Shown: positions 1-17,420, counted from the stretch's first letter. The stretch is DNA of 64,000 nucleotides from the human T2T-CHM13v2.0 reference genome, Homo sapiens (GCF_009914755.1 NC_060940.1); one strand, 5' to 3'. Notes: a model not told the origin generated them from the letters alone. Program-made: numbers and translations.

Positions 1-312
1 TTTTTCTTGATATATTAAATTTGAAACTTCAAAGTCTCCATTAGGTTAAAATAAAATGTTTCGGTGTGTCTGATAATAGTTTTAAATTTGAATGCTGTCC
101 TTTACTTGCCATGTAAATGTATTTTGTCAGCAAAACAAAGCATTAAGGAAAAATATTATCAGTCAAACAATTTAATTACAGTGGAAATTCACAAGTAGAA
201 AACTAGTGTGGATTATACAGGAATTAAGAAGTTGCTGACTCACTTCTTATTCTTTGAAATTGTGTTAGTGGTTGATGACTATCATGGCAAATAAAGATTA
301 ATTAAAAAAATA

Positions 313-775
313 ATAACCACCCATCTAGTCTCCGTTCCGTGGGTTCAATTGTTTTGATTTTTAGGTCCCACAAATAAATGAGAACACATAATGTTTGTCT
401 TTCTGTGCCTGGCTTATTTCACTTAACATAATGATCTCCAGTTCCATCCATGTTGTTGCAAGAGGCTGGGAAGGGTAGTGGAGTTTGGGGAGAAGTAGGA
501 GATTGTTAATGGGTACAAAATACAGTTAGAATGAATAAGACCTACTATAGGATAGCACAAGAGGGTAACTATAGTCATTAATAATTGTACATTTTAAAAT
601 AACTAAAATAGTTTAAATGGATTGTTTGTAAAATGAAGGATAAATGCTTTAGAAGATGAATACCCCATTCTTCATGGTGTGATTATTTCACTTTGCATGC
701 CTGTTTCAAAATATCTTATATACCCACATATACACCTACCATGTATCCATACAAATTAAAAATTGAAAAAATGTA
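313..775 (+). mobile_element. L1MA-type 3' end with inverted 5' portion (313-460 antisense, 461-775 sense)
   Basis: Both halves resemble recalled L1MA 3' consensus and are contiguous on it. Confidence 0.8.
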
Positions 776-1522
776 ATATATGTATTCATACTCGATAAAC
801 TTATTTATTCCACTTGGATAGAGAAACATTTAGAATGTCATTAGACCACAGACAATAATGGTTAATATTATATTTATTATTTAAATAATTATAAACCAGC
901 CTTATATAAATGTTAGAAAAAAATCAATATAGATGAAACATCCTTTTATGAGGCAAAGAATAAAATCAAACTGTGAAATATTTTTGATATTAAGCCATCA
1001 AGACTTACTAAAATCCTTGTGTATGTGGTTCCTTTATGTATAGGAAAATACAATAATTAATTAGATAAACAGTTGGTAATTTTATTCCAAGCCAAGAGAA
1101 CCCATTTTCCAAATAGTTAGCTTTATAAATACAAAGATATTTCATCATTATTAATGTATCTTTTCTTATACATAGTACATGTTTTCATCTTTTATGTTCT
1201 TAATTTTGCAATTCAAAATACTAAGTTCCCATCTGTAAGTTATATATAGTTTAATATTGCTGGCTGGCATGTTTAGGATTCTGGAGCCAATGTTTATATT
1301 TTTCAAATCTAGATCAAGTTAATATCCTTGCACATTATTATAATACTAGTGACTTCCTGGGAATGCTATGTAAATAAAAAATTCTTTGTATGAATTTCAG
1401 TTTGTAATTTAGATCAAACTAATAATGACTGCAGTCATTATTCCCTCCTTTAATACAGAAAATAATCATATGCCTCTTTCTTTTATTTTTTAAATGAAGT
1501 TATCTATGATCCTGAATTCTGA

Positions 1523-1735
<213 letters not shown>

Positions 1736-2403
1736 TAAGGGCAATCTCACTTCATTTTGACCTGCTTTCAAACTTTGGCATCAGATTAAAATTTATGTAT
1801 AAGATGAACAATTATTCTTTCCTCTTCCCCATTCTTATCTGTTCCACAGGAAATGGATTATATTTACATTAGAAATAAGAAAAAATGCACCCTTTGTTTA
1901 AATGTCATATTTTAAATGACAAAATTTGGAAGACTTGGCCATGTTATGTATGGCCATGTATGTACACATGCTACCAGTTCGCCAAAGATAATGTTGATGC
2001 TGCTATAATTTTAGACAAGTATAGATGTATTAAAAATATGTCATTAAACTCAATATATTAAGGCACTTGAACAGTAAAATTGATCATCAGGTACCAATAA
2101 ATTTGAGACTATGTAGTCAGTTATCAAACTGGCATTTGCTACCCTGACAGCAGAATATTTTCCAAGGCAGGGGAATTCAGCTGGTTGCACTTCTCCTAAT
2201 GTGCCTTTTTAACAACCCATTACCATCTTCTCTGGAGGGAAAATGAAAATGAACTTCTCTAGAGAAGCTTGGGGTTGTGGTATTGATCAAGGTATAAGGA
2301 TGATCAAAGAGTTTCAACAAGAGCATCAGTACAGGACATGACAAGGCAGGACTTGAGAGTTAATTGTGGAGGACAAATAACCTTAAAAATAATATATATT
2401 TTT

Positions 2404-2969
<566 letters not shown>

Positions 2970-4221
2970 AAAAATAATAATTAATAGTAATAATTGAAAC
3001 CTGTGGTTAGGCATGAGCAACTATAGCTAAGTCATCTTGCCAGTCATGCTTTAATATCAAGGCTGTTAATTTTAATTATTGAGTTTAATGGAATGCCATA
3101 ACCATTACAGATTAAACAATTTTTAAAACAGTGTGACCAAATTAGCCTCTACCCTGTAGTAATGTTCAATATGTATTTTGAATAAATACATAAATTATGA
3201 GCATCAAAAGTAACTTTTTACTTTTATAAGACATTTTGTCAACAAAAAGACTCTTCTATTTATATCCAATGGACCACTCAGTAATATTTGTCAATCCTAT
3301 TTTGAACACTAATAAATACTTCATTATGTCTAGAAAACAGTAATAATAACCATATTCAGCAATAAGAGTGGCAGGACATAATTTCCTCCCCACAAATACT
3401 CATTTATTTGTTTAAAACAATTTGCAGAGAAAACAATTCTTTGTATAATGAAAGATGATATGAAAAGAGAGAATTTAGACGTTAAACCTCAACTGGCTAG
3501 ATTTGGGGATTGAATGACTTTTGGGTCCATTTGTTGTGAACTTGTCCATAGTTACAACCTTAACAGCTCTGGAACCTAAAACCTGATTTAGGAGAGGGCA
3601 CGCAGAGAGGCTTCCTGGGCCTGGCTTCTCAATAGGAGACTTGCTTACAGAGCAGGGACTCCCCAACCCCTGATGGGGAGCAGCCATCAGGGAAACTGTC
3701 AGGGAGAGGCTCAGTCACGCACACTCTGAGTGGTGGTGCATGTTGATTATCTCAGATTGCTGAACATTCATTTGGTACAAGTATATCTACCCTTCGTCCT
3801 GTGTGGACATGTTCTGGAGCTGCCATGTCACACAAGGACTCCCGGTTGCCTACTTTCTGAAGGTACATACTTTCTGTAAAATAGAGGACCATCAGCACAT
3901 TTGGAGAACACATCACTTTAGTGCCATACCTTAAAAATGCTTTTCAGAAATAGTTAGCAAATTATGGATAGATCTTGACTATACATGTTTCTTTTTAAAA
4001 GATGCTTTAGGCTAACAGTAATCCTAACAATCTTAAAAATATAGCAAAAATCAAAGTAACATTTGCATACTTTTTAAATTTCCAAGCGTATCTGTAAGCC
4101 TGTTGTCTTATACTCAGAAGAAGATGTATATTTAGTTTGGTCTTATATACTATACCTACTGACATGGCATCCCAAGATGGATGGCATCCCAAGAATTAAA
4201 TGGAGCCTTAAAAAAAAAATC

Positions 4222-4420
4222 TGTGTACCAGGCCTTATGCTAAGCACTTAAGATGAATGAGCATTTAAATCAAGCCTCACAAAATCTCTTAGAACCTGTT
4301 CTTCATAGTGTTTGTTTCCTATAAGTATGGAAACAGATGCACAGAGAGAATAAGTTGGCTAAAATGACATGGCTAAGAAAAGGCAGAGCCCAGCCTCTAA
4401 CCCCAGCACTCTGGATCCAG
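4222..4420 (-). mobile_element. MIR
   Basis: Degenerate MIR core (ggaaacagatgcacagagag...gacatggct). Confidence 0.65.
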
Positions 4421-4550
4421 GGAAGTCTCCCTGAAATGTTTGCCTGCCATGCCATGCAGCCCCTCTGGGTGCAAGTTAACATTTGGGGTGGTTAGTATTT
4501 AATCCATGCGTAATAAATGTATCATTTGATGGTTCAATAAACTATAATTA

Positions 4551-4931
<381 letters not shown>

Positions 4932-5004
4932 TTAAAATAATGCAGGTTTTTAAAAAAAAACTGTAATACTTTAAGTTGGCTCAAACCTACAGATAAAGGT
5001 GTAA

Positions 5005-5345
5005 ATACAAATACACACACATGCTCACATTCATACCACATGGCTATTCACACACACTCTACACACATGCACCAATGTGGCCTTTGCACACTGTTTCTCT
5101 CATGTGGACACATTCATATGCTCATTCACATAGTCCAAAGCTCCTTACACTTTCACACACCATCCTCACACACGTTTACACAACTCACATATTAATCCTT
5201 ACTCATGCACACTCACACACAACCATCCTTTTACACTTCTACACTCATAAGTCCTTCCCAGACTTCTTATATTCACATCTTCCTTACACAGAGTCACTCC
5301 CTACGCAAACACACACAAACACACACATACACACACACACACACT
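5005..5345. repeat. Degenerate (CA)n low-complexity tract
   Basis: CA-rich throughout, near-pure (CA)n at about 5308-5344. Confidence 0.85.
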
Positions 5346-6720
5346 CTTAGAAGTCCTCCCCTTGTCCTCTGTGGATATGCAGTGGGGTGGCCCTCAGTCC
5401 AGGGACTTCGGAGAGGGGTGGCGAAGGGGTGAGTACAGAACTGAAAAGGCAGCTGCTATCCAAGTCCTCACATCTGGGGCTGAAATGTGAGTGGGGCTGG
5501 GGCAGGAGTGATGGCTACTAAGACAACAATTCTTACAAAGTTGCTTGGACGTAAAACACTTATTAAAGGAAATTGTTTAGTATATCATTTGGTATCAAAG
5601 CACACTGGGGCTGCAGAGACCCCTGACAGGAACTAAGAGGCTGTTGAGTGACAACGTCAACCTTGTGACCTTAGCAAGCACAGCACCCACCTCCTGGCTT
5701 CCTTGCCTCCAGCCTCTGCACCTCCGTCACCTGTCCTTCCAATCCACCCCTACTATCCAGCCCTCAGGCTCTGGCCTCCAGCCTCCATGGCACCGTCCTC
5801 CATCCAGGCCCGTTGTTTTCCTCCTCCTTTCTGGTGGAGTTTCTACCTGCCTACCTTCCCTCCCCTCTTCTCCATGGAGCCCCAAGCCTGCCCTTTGTTC
5901 CTTATACTCACATACAGGGTTTATTCCAGTTGATTTGAAGATCGTGGTGTTATTCCGCCTCCTGTAATACTGAAGGCATGGCCCTTTTGGAGGCGAGGGC
6001 TAGGGATATGAGGAGGTTGATTCTTGTCAATATCAAAGTTTTGCGGAAGAATGTAAGATTTGAATTGTGGTGGTGACCATTATCCTAGCGCTCATTGGCA
6101 CTTAAGTTTATTTCCCTAAATGTGATAATGTTGTATAGAGTTTACTTCAATATTAATTCCAGCAAATCTTTACATTGTATGAAAGTTTTTGAAATTTACA
6201 TTGTAATGGACAGGGAATCATGAGAAATCAAAATCTTACTATCACTTTAGGTTTGGGTATGTTGATGTAAGCATTTGTTCAAGTTCACAAGCAATGGAAA
6301 GGATGGCAATGTCCAAGGAAAAGCTTTCGTGGCTAGAGAAAATGGGTTAATCAATTGTCTTATCTTGTATTGGAGTGAGTAGGGAGGAGAAAAGTGTAAA
6401 ATACAATGGTTTAGAACATTTGGTGAGAATGAGTACTATAGAACCTAAATTGCCATAGGTTACTAGTAGTAAACATTATGATAATATAATGACTTTAAAT
6501 AAAATTCACAATTTAATCTTTCACATTTGAATTAAAAATAGGAAAAATCTAGTCTAACAAGAATCAAGAAAAATTGACTCAGTTGGTCTTTTTGAAGCAG
6601 ATCAAATAGAAATAACATATGTATCACAACCATTTAAGAGTCATTCTTTTGGATTTTAGGCAAAGCCACTTATGTTGAACTCTTTTTAAAACATGGTTTG
6701 AGGTTTGCTATAGAATAGCC

Positions 6721-7190
6721 TTTGGTTTTCCATTCCTGCATTAGTTTGCTAAGGAAGTGGCCTCCAGCTCCATCTATGTTCCTGCAAAGGACGTGATGTC
6801 ATTCTTTTTTATGGCTGCATAGTATTCCATGGTGTATAGGTACCACATTTTCTTTATTTGGTTTATCATTGATGGGCATTTTAGGTTGATTCCATCTCTT
6901 TGCCATTGTGAATACTAATGCAATGAATACGACATGTTCTTACTTATAAGTGGGAGCTAAATGATGAGAACTCATAGACACAAAAAGGGGAACAACACTT
7001 ACTGGGACTTATTGGAGGTTGGAGGGTGGGAGGAGGGAGAGGATCAGGAAAAATAACTAATGGGTACTAAGCTTTATACCTGGGTGATGAAACAATCTGT
7101 ACAACAAACCCTCATGACACAAGTTTACCTGGTAACAAACCTGCTCATAAGTTACCCCTGAACTTAAAATAAGAGTTAAAAAATAAAAAG
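6721..7190 (+). mobile_element. Old L1PA (about L1PA15/16) 3' end with inverted 5' portion (6721-6930 antisense)
   Basis: Sense 3' UTR ends cttaaaataagagttaaaaaataaaa; antisense part is the directly upstream consensus segment. Confidence 0.85.
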
Positions 7191-7725
7191 ACATAAGTAT
7201 ACTCCGTGAGGGGGGCAGAGGGGGGAAGCCTTCTCTGAATAATGTCCTTTCTGGTTTGATTACCAACTAGAATTTTTATTGTTTTAATATTTTTAAATCT
7301 CCCTGTTTTTACACATTGTCATTGATTTGAAATGCTTAAAATTAAATAAATCCTGACACATTTTTAATGAATTCCTGTGAATCTATAAAAAAGCTAAATA
7401 TGTATAAACTTAATGGATATGAAGAGATGCCCATTATTAATTTTTGGTTTCTTAAAAAGCAGATTGTAAAGTAGCATTTCTTTATGATTATATTTATGGA
7501 TATACACACATATCTATATGTTTGTAGTGGTCATTCATACACAGTGAGATTGTCAGTGACATTTCTTTTTTATTTTTTCCTGGATTGTTTAATTTCTCTA
7601 CAGTGAACATCTCTTTTTTTATAATCAGGAAAAATACATAATATTGTTTTTAGTTAAAATTGGAAAAAATTCTATAAGCAAAATGTAAAGTTTCCATCCT
7701 TTGTTTTAATAAAGGAGATGGCAGA

Positions 7726-7997
<272 letters not shown>

Positions 7998-8264
7998 AAT
8001 AAAGGAGATTGCAGAAACCCTATTATGTATATATTCTTGGCAGGTTTTGTAGGTTTTTTTTGTTTGTTTTTAATCTGGGATGAATGAGGGCACTTAAAAC
8101 CTTTGTCTCTTGGTGTGTTTCATTCTGAATCCTAACAGGTATCAATAATTTGATCATGGCTATTTGATCAAGTTCCCAAGCTGTTGGTGCATGGTGCTCT
8201 GCCTGTCTCAGTAACTGTTTGCTGCACCTGTAAGCCAAAAGATAGACCTAACACTTTGATTTTA

Positions 8265-8650
8265 TAAGGGGCTTAGCTACAAATAACTTAATAAGTGTTT
8301 ATTTCCTTACAACTGGCTAACAGTGAGATGAGGCCATCTGTGTTTGCTTCTTGGTGCTTAAAGAAGTTAGGCTCCTACCTCCCCAGAGACTGGGAGACAG
8401 GGGCTGTATCTTTCTTAATGCTTACATTTCAAAGGGGTGACTCCCAGGTCCTTGAAAGACATACCTGGGTTGTAAAAGTGGCAAGTGGCTGGGAGAAGAT
8501 TTACATCTGAAGGGGACAAAGAAAGAATTGATCACTGAAAGTTTTCTAAAGTAAACGCTCTAAGATAAGGCAGGTCAAGGGCCTGTAGTCCGCAAGAAAC
8601 CTATCTAAATTGTGGTTAAGGAGAGGGGAATGTTAGTACCATTTTAGTCC
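8265..8650 (-). mobile_element. MER31-like ERV1 LTR, partial
   Basis: aagttttctaaagtaaacgctctaag...cctatctaaa matches the reverse of the recalled MER31 5' end. Confidence 0.65.
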
Positions 8651-9206
8651 TTATAATAAGGAAAAAAAATCCATAATATCTTTTTCAGATAAAATTGGAA
8701 AAATTTTGTAAGCAAAACGGGAAGTTCTCATCCTTAGTTTTAATAAAGGAGACAGTAGAAACCCCATCACAAATATGTTCTTGCAGGTTTTGTAGTTTAT
8801 TTAGTCGTTAATCTGTAATGAATGAGGGCATTTAAAGTCTTGATCTCAGTGTATCTTTCATTCTAAATCCTAAAAGGCATCAAAAATCTGATTAGGGCTA
8901 TTTGAGTCAATAACAAAACTTTCCAAACTTTTTCGTCTATGGTGCCCTATGTGTCTCAGTAATTTTGACTGTGCTGCTAACCCAAAAGACTTTCGTAACA
9001 CTAGCAATGTATCCCTAACCTTAAAAAGTGGTTTAGGTCCAAAAAACTTAACAATGCCATAACAACTTAGGAGCCTTTTGAAAAAAATAATATACATGAT
9101 TTGGAAAAAATTATTTTTAATTAAACACAGTTACTTAGTATTTGGACATGTGTACCTGTTGAACACGGCACCGTTTCTCAAGACTTGAAACCAGATCAGA
9201 CTCCAG

Positions 9207-9381
9207 AGCCAGGCGTGGTGGCACAAGCCTGTAATCCCAGCTACTCCAGAGGCTAAGGCAGGAGAATACAGGAGGCAGAACCCCTGCTTGAACCCAGGAG
9301 GCGGAGGTTGCAGTGAGCTGAGATTGTGCCACTGCACACCAACTGGGGCAACAGAGTGAGCAGCTGTCTCAAAAAAAAAAA
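9207..9381 (+). mobile_element. Alu right monomer (5'-truncated AluS)
   Basis: Right arm plus poly-A; TSD agactccag. Confidence 0.9.
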
Positions 9382-10094
9382 TGAGACTCCAGTAGCCTCA
9401 TATTTTTGTTCAATATTGATTTCACATGGTACTTGCTTTTTAAAAAATCAGTTACTAAAACTCTGCTCCCCAAAGATAGGATGTGATTAAAGGGAATATA
9501 TAATGATCTAATGTTGAAACTAAACTACCTCAAGCTAGTTAGTCACACGGTGTTTGATAGATGTTGAGTATGACAGATATTTCTCTTGAAGACTTAAATT
9601 ATCCTGGGAGTCCCTATGAGTTCTGTTTTGCACCTTAGAGCACCCCAACACACTGCTTGAAATTTGTGAGCCTATACTGTGTATTCTCCTACATTCCTAG
9701 AAGTATACCTCAAGTGAAGAAAGGTATTCCTCTGTCTTCCTTTTTTCTTTTCTTCTTTTATCTGTATTCCTTCTTTCAGTGTTCAAACAATGTAGCAATT
9801 CAATGTGATAAAATGTTATTTCATGTATGCTGTTGATATTTCTGCCAACATATTGAATTCGTGTTATGTCACTGAGGGAAAATGAAGGGCTCTGATATAG
9901 TGGGACATGTTGAAAATTAAGCAGTCACAACTATCTGAGAATTGGCTGAAATCTGATGAATTTATTGATCTAAGGTTTAGTTCTGTGATTAAAGTGATTA
10001 ACAACAGACTGAAGCATCATTAGTCATTATGTTATAGTTGACATCTGTCTTTCTCATGACCAAGTATAAATGGTCAATACTTTAAGATATCTAA

Positions 10095-10403
<309 letters not shown>

Positions 10404-10696
10404 TAATATGAAACAAACTTGGCAAAGGGAAAATACATATAGAAGATGAAAGGTAGCTAAGGGTTGAAAACTAAGAAAATGCAGAACGTGAATTTTGTTA
10501 TCTTGTTCTGTTACTCAAATTGGGCCAGCATTTTGACACTAAACTTTCTAGAAGGCGCAGTACAAGTGGAAACATGCTCAGTTACCAAATTCTTACTATT
10601 CATACAATTAAACAAAGAGATTCTCAGAAACAGCCCTGGTTGGAGTGGGTTGGGGTGGTTTGTGGTATGAAGATTCAGATATCCAGTAGAGACTAG

Positions 10697-11056
10697 ATGC
10701 CATAGTCTGTTTGGATAGCTGTAACATAATGCCATAGCCTAGGTGACTTACAAACTGCAGAAATGTATTTCTCACCATTCTGGAGGCTGAGAAGTTCAAG
10801 ATCAAGATGCCAGCAGATTAGGTGAGGGTGTGCTTCCTGGTTCATAGACTTCCATCTTCTCACTGTGTCCTCACATGGTGAAAGGGGTGAGGGATTTCTC
10901 TGGGAAATCTTTTACAAGGGCACTAAATCCCACTCATGAGGGCTTCACTCTCATGGCCTAATCACTTCACTAAGGCCCCACCTCCCAATACCACCATATT
11001 GGGGACTAGGTTTCAACATACACGTTTTGAGGGGACACAAACCTTCAGTCTATTGC
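10697..11056 (-). mobile_element. MLT1A0-like MaLR LTR
   Basis: ttctggaggctgagaagttcaagatcaag...gggacacaaaccttcagtc. Confidence 0.85.
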
Positions 11057-11174
11057 GCTAGATAATTCTTATGTTATCTTGCAACCCTATTTAATGAGGG
11101 TGATAAGGAAAAGGGTGGTAGATAATGATTAAATTATGGTGGTAGATAAATAGTTAATTTTATTCAATACTTTC

Positions 11175-11370
11175 TAAATGTCAGCTACTGATCTAGTATT
11201 TTCTATGTCCTAACTCGTTTAATTCTGATGCTCACCCTAGTAGGTGAATACTATTATATGCAACTTACTTATAAAGAAATAGATATTAATCTATTTGTTC
11301 AAGGCTACTTAAAATAGTTGAGGCAGAGTGAGGATGTGAACATGTGACAACATCTTCTAGAGCCTGGGAT
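11175..11370 (-). mobile_element. MIR, degenerate
   Basis: Weak match to MIR core. Confidence 0.5.
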
Positions 11371-13556
11371 AACAACCAATATCCCTTTTTCCTGTATTAC
11401 AAATCATGAATTTGTTTTTCTGATGAAATGGATTGCATGTGTTGTAAGGCCCATGTTATTTCATTGTCCAGTTGTTCTGGCGCACAAATGGGAAGACCAA
11501 AATGCCCATTTCCCCCCCATTTTTTCCGATTATTACTGACATTTCTGAGCAACTGAACTCTTAGTATTACCTCCTATATCCTTGATTTAAGGTAAGAGTA
11601 TAAGGTACAAAGCCATCAGTCTCACCACCCTTGGTCTATTACACTATACACTGCATTGTGCTCCTGCCAGTGTTTGGAATCCTGGGCTCCCAGCTCTGGG
11701 GGCCTGCACAGAGGACCCTCAGAAGCCCTGATTCGGTGCTGGGGAAGACATCATCAAGAGAATCTCTCAGCTCTACCACTGTTGTTGGAGTCATTTCTGG
11801 GCATGAATTGTGTATACTGAGGTGCCTCATAAGATTTTTATGAAGAATATTGGCTGGTAATAAAGCCACACCACACCTGTACTTGCATGCCACGTTATTT
11901 GACCCAGGACACCCAGCTAGTGGAAGGACAGTATATTTTAATTTTTTACATCCTCCATTATCCCCATGTAGTAACTAACTCAAAACAGAAAGCTATTCAG
12001 TGTTTTCATTGACTATTCATTTTAATTGTTATCAGTGACTGAATCTAAATATAAACCAAACAACTCTGAAGACAAAAATTAGATAATAAATAAAGTTACT
12101 TTCATCTGTGACCCACAATTTGATACAATAATTGAGTTTCATTTATTAGGTTCTTGAAAAGACAGCTGTAATAGAACTGAAGGGTTTTTGCCCATAACTA
12201 TTCCGAGAAATGAAGCCAGAATGACAGTCTTGGTTATAGTGGAGGGCAGGAGATGGAGTTTGTTAAAAAGCCTTATTAGGAAATAATCATTAAACAGTCA
12301 TGTTTTAAAAAGTCAAGCCATACACATAAATCAACAGTCTGTTATAAAAAGTCAAGCCATACACATAAATCAGAAGTCCTTCCGAGTATTCTCATCCAAT
12401 CCTTTTCCACAACCAGTCCCACCACAAAGTTATGATATTCTGCCAAGCTCTTTCAAGGACTTTATGAACATATGCATATGTACATAGAAATGTATAAACT
12501 AGTCATTTTTACGTACTCTCTTCAGTGCACAAAATGCAAATGTGACTGGAAAATGAACCATGCCTATATCTCTATCAGCATGATATATTATAGGAACAAA
12601 ATAAAACTGTCACACTGTGGAGAAGTGCGGAAGTAAATTTACATGATTACTTGAAATTTTGGTAACATTGAACAAATTAGCCATAGTATTTCACGTTGTT
12701 TAAACACTCATTAACATAATTTTCAAAAGTAAAATAGATTCAGGGACAAATATTCAGGGGATTATTTCTCATTTCACAGAATAAAATGCTTAACAGAAGT
12801 TATCAGTATATTTGGCCAAGTGTTCAATGAGAGGTGTGCATTATACACAAGTGTATTAATATGAAACCTTGTACATGGCAAATTTAGGATTACATAATTA
12901 AAAACATCCAAACATCCGATTATGGATCTAAACACACTGAAACCACTTGAAGGCATAGTTCATACAAGTATGTCTTCTGCTTTGAATTTTAATTATCTTG
13001 AGTTCTCATTATGGAGCATTGGTGGGAGTTTCTTTTGTAAATTACTTAAAATTATTGATGAGCTTTGTGAATCCCATTTGTTTTATGAAAAAAATATTTT
13101 ATAGTTAATTTTCTGTGAGAATATAGTTGTAACATGATTTAAAGTGTTTCTGTTGTATAATTATTGGCTAACAGCAGATTTTTTAAGGAAGTTACACTGT
13201 TGTGCTTCAGACCTTAGGTTATTACAAGGTGCTACTAGGATTTCCAAAATGTGTGCCACAAGATAAGTTATGACATTATACTTATAAGGCTCCAACATTT
13301 AAACACCTACCTTCTCTTTCCTTGTTCTTCATAATGTCAAAGTAGCTAAATTTTGATTTTGACCAAGTAATTTCATTTTCCTTTAGTGATTAAAAAAAGT
13401 CATAAAATCAACTTCTTTTTTTGCTATCAAATCACTTTCATCCATATTAATTTTAAAAAAGAATGAGTTTTGTTTTAAAGTAAGTTTTGCCTTTTCTCCT
13501 GGTCAGTAATGTACATTTTAAATTTCAAGATTTGCGGTATTTCATGTCCAAATTAA

Positions 13557-13778
<222 letters not shown>

Positions 13779-14109
13779 TAAATAGGCAAAATTAAAATGA
13801 AATAAGCAGAATGTTGACGTAATTTGCAACTTGATTAAAATATGTATTGTTCCTTAGAAAAACTGAACATAAATCTTAAAAAAATAATTAAATGGTAATG
13901 ATTTTAAATGTCTTTTTTAATGCATGTGGCATCTGTGTAAAACATCTAATAATAAATGTTTCCAATTATGTCCCCAAACAAAAAGGATAGACTATTTATG
14001 AGAGAAGATTGATACATGTAAAAGCTTTGAAGAATATTTACTTTTTAAATGTATGTAAACATAAAGTTTACGTCTTCTTGTATTCTTACATAAATTTACA
14101 TAGAAATTA

Positions 14110-15450
<1,341 letters not shown>

Positions 15451-15845
15451 CTGTGCTGTCCAACATGGTAGCCACTAGCAAGTGCCTATTTGAATTCTAA
15501 TTTAATTAAAATTAATTACAAAACAAAATGACTGCATTTTAAAAATTTAAACTTAAATTTAAAAATTTAACTAAAATAGGATTAAATAACAGCCGGGTGC
15601 AGTGGCTCACACCTGTAATCCCAGCACTTTGGGAAGCCAGGGCGGGGGCATAATTTGAGCCCAGGAGTTCGAGACCAGGCTGGGCAACATAGTGAGACCC
15701 CATCTCTATTTTTCTTTTTTTAAGTTTACTTTGTCAGTCTCCCTGGCTGCATTTTAACTGCTTAATAGCCTCCCGGGGCTAGTATGGAGTGTATCATTGT
15801 AGATGTAGAACCTTGTCATTTGCTGAAAGTTACAATGAACAGTGT
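15451..15845 (+). mobile_element. MER33-like hAT element split by a FLAM_C monomer (15591-15710)
   Basis: Starts ctgtgctgtccaacatggtagccactagc and resumes after the Alu left monomer. Confidence 0.7.
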
Positions 15846-15899
15846 TAGAAGTCAATATTTTATGGAGCAAAACCAAAGGAAAAGGGCAAAATTATTATA

Positions 15900-16700
15900 C
15901 ATTGAGGCAGAGGGTGTTGCAAGGGGAGATTTGGTAATTAAAATTGAAGAACATATCTTTCGGGCAGAGGAAACAGAAAGTACCAAGTTCTGAGACAGAT
16001 GATCTTACTTACCAGGTGTGTTCAGAAAACAGCAACAAACCTAGGATAGCGGGAGTATGGTGAGTAAGTGGGGCGTAGGAAGAGAGGAGAGAGGCAAGTT
16101 GGGTGGGGAGGGGAAGAGTATGGGCTTCATGACAATGTTGTAAGACCTTTGGTTTTTTACTCTGAAATGAGATGAGAAGACACTGAGGAGTTTATTTTTT
16201 TATTTTTTTTTAATTTTTATTATACTTTAGTTTTAAGAAACGGTGGGATGCAATCTGACTTCCTTTAGTTGGATTGCAACTGCTCCTGGGTTAGGGAATG
16301 CTTCTTCAGGAGCATGGGTGGAAAGGAGTGATGAGACTATGCATATTGTACTTTATAAGATACAATTTCAGTATCTTAATTGTATTGGGAGACCATTTCA
16401 AGTAATGCAAAAATCCAGGACTGATTGTACAAGATAATAGCACTGTAGATGGAGGAAAGGTGTTAGATTTTTCTCTTTGCATAGCTATGAGGTGTGAGAA
16501 AACAAAAAGCCAAAAATAACGACACAGTTTTTGCCCTGAGTAATTGAGTGTTTGAATTGTCATTATTTAAGATGTGATCAGAAAAGGTTTAAGGTGAAAG
16601 ATCATAAGCTCTGTTTTACACATTTTTTTTTTTTTTTTTTTTAGTTTGAGATGTCTGTTTTTCCATGTTCAAACAAGATTCTGAGGAGGCATTTGAATAT
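15900..16700 (-). mobile_element. L2 fragment
   Basis: Purine-rich L2 antisense motifs such as ttttactctgaaatgagatgagaagacactg. Confidence 0.65.
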
Positions 16701-17418
16701 GGGAGCAACCGCTTCTTTATACTAATGAATGTTTAGTTCTAAAAACTGCAGGTGGTGGCAAACTCTGTGCCAACACATATTTTGGCAGAAATTGCTATAA
16801 ATTTGTATCTTCAAAGGTTTTTCATTTAACACAACTTGGTAGCTTCTATCTGTCTCACAACCATTGAGGACATTGCCTCATACACCAAAACAGCCCAAAC
16901 AAATGGTGTTCCTGCATATGTGTCTTCTCAATGAAGCTCTCCCGCCTGTACAGTACAAATGCCCAGACAGCACTGCAGGTGCTTCTCATCCAGTGCAACC
17001 ACTGAGTTGGGCCAATGGAAATAATATCATCATGGATCTTCCCAAATGATTCTTATGTGTACTTAGGTTTGGGAATCACTGTTTTAGACTTCATGGTTCT
17101 CAAACTTCAGTATGCACTGGCAACTCTGGTATGCGAGAATTAAACATAACAAATGTGAGAGGACTTTACAGAGAAAAAAAGAGAGAAGACTTTACAAGTC
17201 TAAGATATGAATTCCAGTGCCAAAATGTTTTATTATTTTTTTTCCATTAGGTTGGATTGTGAGTGAGATTTATGTAACAATCCACCACTGCAAACCTGTA
17301 AATTCTATGTTCCCATAAATGCATCCGGATCTATACACATACACATGTTATAGGAAGTTTCATTCTGAAATTAGACAGCGATAGGTTGATAAATATCTCT
17401 AGTCTTTGAAGTTTTAAG

Positions 17419-17420
<2 letters not shown>

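Noticed and set aside
3560-3910. GC-richer unique-looking blocks (also 5370-5640) as hidden exons or enhancers
   Set aside because: No coding similarity or convincing splice pair; probably ancient repeats I cannot identify without a Dfam search.
5021-5432. His/Thr-rich ORFs
   Set aside because: Artefact of the CA-rich tract.
11440-11930. GC-richer block ending in AATAAA, with ORFs at 11631 and 11639
   Set aside because: Could be an old LTR but I cannot name a family; the ORFs lack recognisable motifs or splice context.
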